DNA of 64,000 nt from Amphiscolops sp. MND2022 (lineage: Eukaryota), in assembly GCA_964187785.1 (NCBI GenBank), contig OZ076409.1, positions 12,092,001 through 12,156,000 on the forward strand, given 5' to 3'. The translations under genes were made by a program, and so were the position numbers. Below, piece by piece: positions 12,101 through 23,431 of the stretch. The notes under the pieces were generated by a model, which did not search any database, was not told the DNA's origin, and was given only the letters and a program-made list of their open reading frames with translations. Every line of letters begins with the position of its first letter. Position 1 is the stretch's first letter.

Positions 12101-14398
12101 ACTGAAGTCAAAATAGAACAAAACAAACTAGCGCAGTTCGTTTCTACCTCAACTCAATACAGTCGATCGCAATACCATTAACAACGTCAAACACAATTAC
12201 GGAACAATAATGGACATTCGCAGCATTGGACAAATTGAAGCAGATGACCCGTTCGAACAAACATTACAGCTTGTGGACCGCTGGAAAGAATTAGTAAAAC
12301 CCGGAGAATATAGAACGTCTAAAGGAAGCTGGAAAAGGTAAAATCTCCCAAGACACCATAGAGCGGAAATAAAACGAACCGAGATGAATTTAAACCGAAG
12401 AAGGAATAGAATGCTCTGGAACCGCATGGAAAAACGAGACAAAGAACCCGAAGTTGACACCACAAAAAAAAACAACTTTACCGGGTGATAGAAAAAATCA
12501 GAAACAAGCCAAAAAACAAGACGGAGGACAAACAGAAACAAGTGACAACACAACGGAAGTAGAAAGCCAACCAGAAACAAACGAGACAGAACCAACAAGT
12601 TCCGCCGACTCATTCGATGTACCAGCAATTAACTTCAAAAGATACCTCGGTACGACCGGAGTAAGATACATCCAAATGGGACAGGCCAGTCACATCCAAG
12701 GCGAAATTAAATGGGTTTTAGAGGAAACCATCAGACAAGCTGAACAAAAATTACACCACGGATTTGAAAACAATTGCCACAGAAACAACTAATGACGAAA
12801 AGTTGCTAGAAACATTAGTATGTTTGGAAAAAAGAACGCTGGAGCAAATACCGGACGTTTCCAAATCATACCACAAACAGCTGTCAACACGATTCGGCGT
12901 AGTGTTTTACGACGACCGAATCATAATACCAAAATCACTGAGAACAACAATCATCATGCTCCTACACAAAGGACATGCGACAATCATGCGACAAAATGAC
13001 GACGGCGGCAAAACCATTCTGGTGGCCACGAATGACACGAGAACTACAACAAAAAAGTGACGAATGTACTCCGTGCAAAATGGCAGGTAAGAACATTAAA
13101 CCACAATTACCAATGACTGAGAATAATTATTTACCACCGATAGAGAAATCAAATCAAGAAATCCAATTGGATTTCATTGGAGCAATCAGATTTAAGCACC
13201 GGAGATTTTAAGCACCATATTACTTCCTATAGACCGGTACAGCAGATGGCCGGCCGCGTGCATATGTGAAGCCCCGAAAGGAAAAACAGCAAAAAATTTC
13301 CTGGAACAATATATTACAATAAATGGTTTACCACAAACCATCAGAACAGATGAAGGCACCGCCTTTACTGGAAAAGAGTTTAGAGAAATTTGTAAATCTC
13401 TAAAAATAAAGCTAATATATGGGACGCCATATATACACACACCAACCGGATTGGTGGAAAGAGGTATTATAACACTAAAAGATTACCTCAGAACGAATTT
13501 AGAAGAAGGCTACAATATAAACGAAGCATAAGCCGTTCACTAAACGTAATGAGAATAACGGTCCATTCTAGCATAAAAGAAACACCGTTCGAACGCCATT
13601 ATGGCAGAAAACCACGAACGGAATTTCATAACTATTTAAATATGTCACAAAACAAACATTATAATGTTTCAGCGAGACCGGAGACACTACAAGTCTACAC
13701 ATTCACCAATGGGAACGGAGCTTACGACCAATTGGTTATGAAAGGCTCAAGAAACTATAAGAAGACGTGGGTAACAAATTTCCAAACCTATTTCTTGAGA
13801 AAAATCAAAGCAAAGAAAAATTTGAAAGCGCATACGAAAATAAACCACAAACCGCGGTAACTGGAACAAAACAAACAATAGTAACCGATAAAATCAAAAT
13901 AATTCATAGGGAACGAATAAGCAAACCATTGAACCCAATATTTCAGAACCCATTATCACACCGGGGAGAAAACCCGAGGGGAAAGGACGGAAGATTCCTA
14001 CAACAAGGACAACTGGAAGAAGACACAGAGGATCTAGACGTAACGGCAGAACACTCAGAGAGATGTAGCACGCCAGTACTACAGAAGAACGTACTGGACA
14101 AATCACTGGAAATGGAAAAGACAACAATTAGTCCAGTGTACGGCAGAGGCCGAAAAAAATGATAAGAGACAGAAAATCAAATACAACCCCAACACCAGGA
14201 TTGGAAATAAACGCAAGACCAACCACAGAAGACGACCCGAACGTGATTACAGTAGTGGACCAACACGGTAATAATGATTCAATAAAAACTGAAAACATAG
14301 AAGAAATCGAAAACCAAAACGAACAAAGTATACGAAAGTCAACCAGACTAAGATCCACTAATCCAATAAATAGATATGGTAATCCAATCACGTTCTGA
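9173..14398 (+). pseudogene. gag-pol polyprotein of element A, disrupted by stops and frameshifts
   Basis: Gag from 9173; protease FIIDSGS (~10220); RT WLDD (11103-11114); RNase H TDTSTKG/INELELL/TDHQAL; integrase HKGH..WWP..CTPC, DFIG, RTDEG, VERG; C-terminal RKSTRLRSTNPINRYGNPITF. Split over many ORF-track fragments. Confidence 0.95.
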
Positions 14399-14653
14399 TT
14401 ATTACAGGTAACATCGTTAACAAATGGAGCGCACAGGATAACCAATAAAAGAGGAACGATGAAACGACCGGAAGACATAAAGAAAGAAAATTCGGAAGGG
14501 AAAGAAGAAGTAGATTATACGGAACAAACCGTTTACAAAACAGTCGTAAACATTTGGACCATTCGATGCTATCATTACCGTTTGAAATTTGAGTTTATTA
14601 GTGTTTTGTCTAGTTACGTGTATACATGTAGTTATCTCCCATACAGGGGGGAA

Positions 14654-14848
14654 TGTGGCATGACGTCACTTCATGCAGTAATGTACATGTATACTATAAA
14701 TAGTAACTATGACATTTTAGTACCTGTCAAAGATTCTACTGCTCAATACTGTGCTGATCTATTCATTAACCTTTAAAATACGCAAACCGATTGGTATAGA
14801 TTCTTCAGCATTATCATTGTTCTTATCTTATATTCACAAGATACAACA
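14654..14848 (+). repeat. 3' LTR of element A
   Basis: Follows the PPT, matches the 5' LTR and is followed by TSD CTCCC. Confidence 0.97.
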
Positions 14849-14869
14849 CTCCCATACAAAAACAGGTCA

Positions 14870-14990
14870 ATCATACTCTGCTACATACTCACAGTATGAT
14901 TCCAAGCTGATCATACTCAGGACCATAAAGTTTTATGGTTCCAGGCTGACCATACTCTGGACCATATATGATTCCAGGCCAACCATGGCA
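14870..14990. repeat. Degenerate ~35-40 bp tandem repeat (CATACTC...ATG(A/G)TTCCA(A/G)GCTGA)
   Basis: CATACTC recurs at 14872, 14884, 14913 and 14951, with TTCCA(A/G)GC motifs between the copies. Confidence 0.5.
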
Positions 14991-15213
14991 AGATCAAAGT
15001 AAGGAAATTCGTATGATTTGTATGGTGCCATAATATAGTCAGATTATGATCGGCCTAGTCGGGAAACCCGGGATACAATAAACGACATTTTGATGAAAGT
15101 TTATGTTGAAGCGATATGAAAATTAGACATTGACTAAATGCGAACCCCGTCCTACTTTCTGACAGGTTAAAAACTGTTCGCCTATCCCGAGATCCGAACC
15201 CACGTGCCAATTA

Positions 15214-17067
15214 CAGTGCCAAAAGTGGGTTAGCACCAAGTGTTTAGTTGTTTTGCTATTAGGTCACCGAAATCCACTGACGTATTGTTAAACATGTATT
15301 TCACTGATTTTCAATGGATTCCACTGTAGCCTGTTTTGGATTGCACTAACATATCTAGCTAATGTACAAAAATGCGTGCATCGAAATCCACTGCGTTTCA
15401 CTGCCAACTGAATTGAACCAATCGCGTCAGCTTATTCGAACTTTCAGCAAAATTCGCTGAAACTTGCAGTGGATTCCACTTCAGCTTACAGTGGATTCCA
15501 CTTTGGCTTGCAGCCAATTCCACTTTGGCCTACAGTCGACTCCACTTTTCAACTTGTGGAATTGACTGCAAAACGAGTGGAAATGACTGTAAGCCAAAGT
15601 GGAATCCACTGTAAGCTGAAGTGGAATCCACTGCAAGTTTGCGCGAGAGAACACATCAATGAAACATATATATATTTCTCAGTTTCTTCTTTACAGTTTT
15701 TCATGCAGAAAAATGGTTGAAACATGAATAAAATATAAACTTTTTTCCATCCAAATTTTCATGTTGAAACATGATTGAAAAATTACTAAAATATGATATT
15801 TCTTCTGTGGAATTTTTCACGTTGGTTCGGTTTAATATGTCTCTCAAACTAACACGTGAATGATCACGTTATTGGAAGACTTTTGGCTCTTTTGCTTTGT
15901 CCCCCCACACCTTTCAAAGAAAAGGTAAAATAGTGTGAACAAAGTTTGTATATTACTTGAAAAGTGTATTCAATTTGATTTGTATTCAAGTTTTCACTAC
16001 TTTCGTTTTAATTTCACTTGCGATTTTGTATTTAAACACTGATTGCTACAAGTACAAAAATACAAATTTTTCGTAATACCGAAACAAAACACCGTGAATA
16101 GCAATTTCAGTGAACCCTTGCAACGTATTCTTCACCTGAATCTAGATGAGAGGTTGATTGAGAGCAATAGGCTGATTTTCATTCATCATTCAGCTTGTAC
16201 TTTAATTTGAAATTTTGGTATCCGCCTTGAGGTACTTGAAAAATGGAAACGAGTTGTACCTAAAATACATCCAAGCGCTGTTTGTGAAATTTAATGTCCA
16301 CTATTCTGATGGAATAAATTCTAAAGTAGCTTCATATTGACTAACAGTGAGCTTCGGGTCAGCTTGGAAGTATGCTTGACGTTAGTTTTCTGGAACCAAT
16401 TTTTGGTATCCACCATGAGGTAAATGAAAATTGAAAACTAGTTATACCTAAAGGTATGTGTGTATAACTAGGTAACTAGCAAGAACTGTGTGTGAAATTT
16501 TGATGCCCACTATCATTCAATCAAAGAAAGAGAAATAACAGTCAATCTAAAGCGGTAAAGCGGTTGTTGATTGACAAAAACTCATTTGCCTAATAAAGAG
16601 ATTCTGAATCCTTCTTTTTGTGACCTTTGCTGATTCTGAAAATGTTTCTCATTCTCAAAACTGAACTCGTGAAGGCAGAACTTTCAGGCACTGAAGTACA
16701 TGAACGCCACTTCTTTTCGATGGTTGATAGTTTTTGTAGGTTGGTATTGAAGTAATTCAGTGAATTCCACTAAAACACTGCAGTGGAGTCCACTACAGCC
16801 AATAGTGGATTCCACTGCGGCCATCGGTGGAGTCCACTGCGGCGTTCAGTGGAATCCACGGCAGTGTTTAGTGGAATCCACTGCAAGATCCGAATGTTTA
16901 AGGTATTTGATAGTGGGATCCAATGCTTTGCAGCGAAATTCACTGCAGAAAAATCGCCAAAAAAGTGGAATCGACTGCAACGTAACATCTTTTGTTAGTG
17001 GATTACGCTGCACGCTGCCGTCCAGCGAAATCCGCTGCAAAAATTCAAAATACCCACTTTGGCACTA
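15214..17067. mobile_element. Non-autonomous Tc1/mariner-type TIR element with palindromic subterminal arrays
   Basis: Termini CAGTGCCAAAAGTGGGT / ACCCACTTTGGCACTA, both flanked by TA. Many GTGGA(A/T)TCCAC units lie at 15270-15640 and 16758-17040. No transposase is seen. Confidence 0.75.
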
Positions 17068-18193
17068 TAATGCCACAGCTTCAACGGCTCAAAGCGTCGA
17101 CTAAAACCCAAAGGGGACCTTCTTAGCTAAAAATGCTTTTCAGTAACTGAAAGCATCAGTCTGACAAACTGTTTAATCATCTGTTTCTTTTTTCAAAAAT
17201 GTGACGCAAAAACCTGAATGTGGGACCCTTCGGTCTCATTTAGTTTTTTTAATCAGGTAAAAATGAAAAAGAAACTGAGCGAGACGCTTTGGCACCACTG
17301 GATGCCTTCCAGAACCTAGGCTAACTCTATTCAAATATTGGATCAAAGGTTTTTTTTCCAAAAAAGCGCAGTGGTAAAAAACCCACATTCTTTTGGTCTC
17401 TTGTATTTATGCAAACAAAAAAATCGTAAAGAGAAGGATTCAAAGCATACTTCTCGAAGCCAACTACATCAATAGTTTCAGACAAAAAGTGTTGCACTCT
17501 TTTTGAAAACCGCCCAGAAAATAAGTTTCCTCACATTCTAAGAAAACGAAAAAAAAACAAGAAAACAGTAAGAATTTTGGTCAAACTAGAAGACTCCACG
17601 AGGGAGAAGTCAGGAAACCAGAAATTACTAAGTTGATTCTCTGAAGGCTGCTTCGTTAAGAAAACTTCGTTTTCTTGGCAACTATTTGTCGAAATCGTAA
17701 ACGCTTCTAAATAAGAAATTCGTTGTGATTTCATCAGCAGTTGAAAAACAGTAGGTCGAAGCAACAAATTGAAATTACACAAAACTCTGACAGCCAAAAT
17801 TCAATTACTAAGTCATTTATCTGAAAAGTATTTAAAAATATTGGATATGGAAAATGGATCGGCAATATCAGAAGATGAACAAATTTTTAAGAAAGGAGTT
17901 TTCAGAAATATCAAGAGTCTAAGAACATTTTTGAGCATATCATTCGAAAAAGATCTAATCGATAGTACTGCGCTTTCCGAACTTCTCCGTATGTTTTTAA
18001 GCAAAATATAAATTCATTCTCCACCAAAAAAAGTGGAAATTGTAATTGTAAATTCCACGAGGCATGTTGCCTAAATACATAATGGGAAAAATACGCTTTT
18101 AAAAACCTACACAAAAACAAAGAAAGTTGGCTTCCCGCTCAACTTCATTATGAAAGACAAAACCTTTAATTTCGACAGTACACCGAGAAGTAG

Positions 18194-18871
18194 AACAAGC
18201 CGGGACCGGCCCAAGTCGGCGCCATATCCAAGGCTCAAAAATAGCAAAAAGACTTCCAAGTGTCAAGTACTCTTTTACAGTACTCGAAAATCGAAATTTT
18301 TTGAAAAAATTTTTTTCGAAAAAATTACATAGTCAAAAAAATACACCGAGTGGCGCGCCGGGGCTTGCTAGCGCGAGCCCCTGGCGCGCTAAAGTCTCAC
18401 AATGCCGAAAAACTGAAAGGGTGGACCCTTTGAGGTTTTTCAACATCCATTCTGTCGCAAAACATGAAAAAATTGAAGAAAACAAAAATTTTCATTTTCA
18501 GGAAAAAATCTCACAATGCCGAAAAAAAACTGAGAGGGGGGACTCTTTGGGATTTTTCAACATCCATTCTGTCGCAAAACATCAAAAAAATGCAGGGGGG
18601 ACCCTTTGGGGAAAAGTTTTTTTTTCGAAAAAAAAGTCTCGCAGTGCCGAAAAAAATGAAAGGGGGGAGTCTTTGGTCTCGCGGGTATGGTATGTTACGC
18701 GGAAAAACAGGAAAAACCTTTTTGGTTCAGTTCGCTAGACCAAATAGTGCATTTTGATGCAATAATATTTTGTAGAACTTTTGTAGAACTATTTTGGTCA
18801 GTTCGTGTGGATAGAAAAAAAAAGAGTCACTATAATAGTCGCGTTTCACTTCATGAAGCGCCGACTAAAAA
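18194..18871 (-). mobile_element. Helentron-associated interspersed element (HINE/DINE-1-like), copy 1
   Basis: Subterminal inverted repeats AGTCGGCGC (18214-18222) / GCGCCGACT (18858-18866). GCCGG..CCGGC stem-loop at one end and an AGTCGCG...GCGCCGACT hairpin at the other. Internal tandem units (TCTCACAATGCCGAAAAA...CAACATCCATTCTGTCGCAAAACAT) and A/T-run flanks. Confidence 0.7.
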
Positions 18872-20147
18872 TTGACAAAATTTTGGCAAAAATTTTTTAA
18901 AGCTTCATTTCTCCACAAATAATAGCCGCAGCTCCAATCGGTTTTCTGTTCCTGAAAGCACTTTATCTGAGTTTTCAAATGCGCACTAGTTAGGTAGCTG
19001 CGCCGGGCCTTTCAAATATCGGTTGAATTTATAACTGAAGCTTCATTGAAAAAAACTTCTATATGCGTTTTCAATGGTGGCAAACTGTTACTAGAGTGGG
19101 ACTGTAACGTAGCAAACAGTTGCTCAGTTATTGAGAAAGAAACGAATTTTCTGAAATGTACTTTTTTGCAAATTTTCACTTTTTTTCAGTTACTTTTTTG
19201 CCGGTGGCTCGGAAAAAAATCTATATTAGCACAAATACCAATTCACACCAGATAGTCTAATAAATTGTCGATGAGAAAGACAATTTTTCGTTTTCCTCTA
19301 TGATTTTTGCGTGTAGTAATTTATTATTGATTGCGAAAAAAATTGCTGTCCTCATTTGAGGACGAAATCACTGTCGAGGTTCAACACACGGAGAAAACAC
19401 AGGTTTAATGAACAGGCCGGAAACAGATCAAAAATCGCGCCACTCCGATAAAAGTTTAAAACATAACAACACCTACAATATTTGCAGCCCTGTGCATTTT
19501 CATCCCAGTCGTATCCTATTGGAAAATAAACATCGTTTGTACCTCTTAGTTGAGAGAGTTTCCTAAAAACGAACGTAACTCGAAAATTTTCAATGAGTCT
19601 TTCGATTTTTGTAACAGTTTTCCGGGTTTTAGAAACAATAGCTGGTTGATAGAAACTCAAAAACACGACAACTAATATTGCCTGTCACAATCTTTTTTTA
19701 GATCAAGGAATTGCTCCAAAACTAGCACTGCAATGTTAAAAAAAATCCACGGGGAAGTCACAACTGTAGAAGTTTTGTAGCAGAGTCTTTGTGACTCTTT
19801 TGTCGTATGATTTAGGACTTTTAGATTCCGATATTGCAAAGAGTTTCCCAAGAAGAGATTTTTCGATCAAAAATTGTTTTGTTTGATGGATAGGGCTTTT
19901 GCTTAATTGACTTGCTCGGTTGGTTTTCTTCTTAAACTGTTTTTCAGCTCAGCACGATTGACTGTTAAATCTGGAACAGTACAATACATAAATCGCAAAA
20001 GTGGGTTTTATTATCAAGTGTACTGTTTTTTTTCGTAAAACGAAAGCGAACTGTTTTCTCTCGTCAAAAAGAGCAGTGTCTTCAGTGGGCAAGTCAAGGC
20101 GCAGGATAATTTAAAAAATTCAGATTTCAACCATTAAGCGTAATTAG

Positions 20148-20639
20148 AACAAGCCGCGAACGGCATAAGTAGGCGCCATATCTGAGGCTCAAAAATAGCA
20201 AAGGACTTCATAGTGTCAAATATTCTTTTACAGTACCCGAAAAGCCCAAAAGTTGAATCAAATCGGCGCTCTGAAAAGGGGCCCTTTCAGATTTTTTTAA
20301 CATCCATTGTTGCAAAACATCAAAAAAGTGAAGAGGGGCCCTTTGGCTCACAATGGCGAAAAAACCAAAAAGGGGACCTTTGAGATTTTTCAACATCCAT
20401 TTTGTCACCAAACATCAAAAAATCGAAGGAGGAGACCTGTGAAAAAACAGTTTGGGGACCCTTTACGCCCGGTACTGTATGTTACGCGGAAAAACAGGAA
20501 AACCATTTTTGGTTGAGTTGGCTAGGCCAAATGGTTCACTTTGACACCAAAAAAGTTTGTAAAATATTTTGGCCAGTTCGTGTGGATTGAAAAAGTCACT
20601 ATAATAGTCGCGTTTCCTTCATGGAGCGCCAAACAAAAA
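20148..20639 (-). mobile_element. HINE-like repeat, copy 2
   Basis: Same ends as 18194-18871 (AACAAGCCG...GGCGCCATATC..AGGCTCAAAAATAGCAAA; GTCACTATAATAGTCGCGTTTC). Confidence 0.7.
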
Positions 20640-21669
20640 TTATAAACCTGAATTTCCAACCTACAATTGGCTCAACCTCTTTTCAAGTCCAAAGCGTACA
20701 TTAGTCAATCCCAGAGTGGAATTCAGTTTTTGAAACGCATTATAACTAATTTCCTTGAAATTAGTGCAATCAGTCATTACAATCAGTCAACAACTACAAA
20801 ACTATCTAATGTTGAGGTCCACAGTTTAGTCACAAGTAAAGCTCAATCAGCCCGCTCTGCAAGCTACAAATTAAATCTATTGGATTTTTTTTCGCAAGGT
20901 TACTGTCAGACACTCACATTCGCTATCAAGAAACAAGAGCGTAAACATAAAAAATATTTTGCCCCCGCGAGATTCAACTCGCTTTTTGCTCGCGAAGTCG
21001 GTTCTCCTTATTCATGTAGCATCTAGTTCCTGCTCAAGTCAATTAGGTATCGCACGTGTTTCTTGTGATTTCATCCTCACAATCCGTCTTAAATCACCTT
21101 CACATGACTGGAGGGTCTGCCTTCGGCGTAAGCATGTCAACATATTCTTCAATGGCATAATGAAGGCTTCTACCAAACATAGTTATTCCGCGGGAAAAAT
21201 TCATTTGTCTGAGATTCACCATCCATGCCATTTAAAAACCTCTAAGACATTTTCAAAAGGAACGATGATCTCTCAATGATCTTCAGTTGGAAGATTCACG
21301 TGATATCCATATCTGCGGAGTCTTTTCTTTTCAGTGCGGCTAACGGCGAATCCTCTCTCCTGAATAAAAAATTTTTACGTTTCACGCAAATGAAGATGAT
21401 TTACTTGTTTTTTTTGGTAAGTGTTTGTTTTTCAAATGACCTTTGAGGTCTGAATGTGACCTTGAAGCTTTTCAGAGTCGCCTGACGTTCCTTTATGCCT
21501 TGTTAATGTGTCCTTTGCTAAATAGGATCCGTGGTACACTTGTGTCTTGTTTGTTCTCGCGCGAGCAATCGGTTACGACGAATCGGCAGAAGACGTTTTT
21601 CTGCCTCAAGACAAAAAAGCTCAAAAGAGCAGACCCTTTGTTTTGAAATGAAATTTTAATCAAAATTCA

Positions 21670-23431
21670 TTCCATGCCTTCGTCGACACTGAATCGTCAC
21701 AGACAAAGTTCATCGAAGCCCATGCAGAAAAGATGTTCGAGAATTACTTCAAAATCCAACCACTGGACAAAGACAAAACGTACATCAACCTCAGAAGTAG
21801 CAACTGTGTCAAATTGAACTCCTGGGTCAATTATTGGTCAAGTCGAGTCAGCAGAAAGGACCTTGATTGAAGCGGGCGCCCTGATTTCAGGTAATGGGTC
21901 ACGAACGGTGATATGAACAGATTGACTGAAAGGTTTCAGGATCAAGTCAGTGACAGAAGGTGGTAAGTGCGAAATTACTGAATCAGGTAAGTGCGAAATT
22001 TACTGAAATAAATGAATCTGTCCAAAGTCCTTAATTACTTTTTTTGAAAAAACACCACTTATGTCCTGAGAGCAGTTAAATGGAGTTAAACTTTTGAAAA
22101 GTCAAAACATTTAGGGAATATACGACATTGTTTCAATGTCGAGTTACCAACCGGTTTCTGGCATACAAATTGTTCGATATGCTGTACTGAGAACTTACAA
22201 TAACATCCTCCGCAAAGACAACATGTTTTCAGACAAGTATTCAAGGACCTGAGAGTGAACCGTGAGTTAGTCTACTTTTGAAACAGACTAGTCATCGCGC
22301 GTGATGTGAGGCAAGCTGTCCTAAACAGTATTGATAGTGAGTTGCTTGGATCAGTAGATGAAATCTTGTGGCCACAATTTTACCGCCAGGAAGTGGCATG
22401 TGCAAAAATCTAAAATCATTGTCAGCAAGCAAGTAAGAACAATAATTTACCAAAACAGCATGCCGAATTTGGAAATATCAGTGAACCAAAACAAGTAAAA
22501 GTTGCAGTTAAAATTGATTTTTCGGCCTTTTTGCAGGAGCCCGAGAGAATAAAAAGTGTATACTTGCGGTTATTGACCATTTCTCAGCGTTTCCAAAAAT
22601 AAAGTTCGAAAAGAGCACCGGAACAAAGGTGTAGTATCCGTTTTGCGGAGTACATCAGCGACAACGGAGTCCTTCAAATCATAAGGACGGATCAGGCATC
22701 GAAATTCATGGGAAACGAAAATGGAGGACCTAGAAAGGAGCCCCGACAATCGGCCATCGAGGAAACAGGAACGTGGAAATGTTGATCAGCACCGCAAACG
22801 AGGAACTCAGAGAGAACCCCGAAATACTAATCGAAAAACAGAACAACTTAGCTCGTAAAGAATTAGCAAAAGAAAGGATTAGAAACGACCATTCGAGAAA
22901 CAAACGGGTAGGAAACCAAATACCGTTACAACAATAATTTTCAAACTTCATAATGAAGAGTTGAATGATTTAGGAATCAAGAGAACAGTGGAACTGCAGA
23001 ATCTAGAAAAAGTTCCTCGAGACGACGATACTACCATCGTTGTACGTGATCAGCAAAAAAAGGAAAACTGGCTGGCTTATTCAAAATGAGTAGAAACAAA
23101 ATCACTGGAGCGACCACTCACACTGAAGTTCGTCCCTACGAACAAGACCAGTGAGGTCATATTGTCGACGAGGAAAATGGCAAAAAGAAAACGAGTGAAA
23201 GCACTAAAGAAGCAGAAGCCACCCAAAAAGGTCAAAGTCGTAAGTTTTAAAAGAAATGAGGGCAAGGAGACCGGGCAAACAGTGCAAGGACTAGAGCAGG
23301 AAAAGCAAACCCAAGGAACAGCTGAGATTGAGGAAACGCAAGGAGCAGATAGGACCCGACGATGCCAAAGCGCCACGGATCTTTACGGGCGACCAGTTCA
23401 CGTTTTTTGGAGTTTCAAAGAACTCGAATGA
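21670..23431 (+). pseudogene. Highly decayed Ty3/Gypsy pol relic (protease and integrase remnants)
   Basis: HAFVDTES resembles a degenerate protease site (~21673). Integrase core remnants ILAVIDHFSAFP, YISDNGVLQIIRTDQASKF and GHRGNRNVE at 22560-22790. Basic tail ends RTRRCQSATDLYGRPV. Confidence 0.7.

Larger units (their letters stand above)
8961..14848 (+). mobile_element. Full-length defective Ty3/Gypsy (Mag-like) LTR retrotransposon, element A
   Basis: 195-bp TG...CA LTRs at 8961-9155 and 14654-14848. 5-bp TSD CTCCC at 8956-8960 and 14849-14853. PBS TGGCGCAGT at 9156 and PPT AGGGGGGAA at 14645-14653. Domain order is gag-PR-RT-RH-IN. Confidence 0.97.

Noticed and set aside
15460..17040. 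Regularly spaced palindromic repeats resembling a CRISPR array
   Set aside because: Units are contiguous ~21-mers without unique spacers, lie within a TIR element, have no cas genes nearby, and the context is eukaryotic.
18301..18875. Overlapping K/F-rich ORFs
   Set aside because: They fall inside the HINE-like repeat and reflect its A/T tracts.
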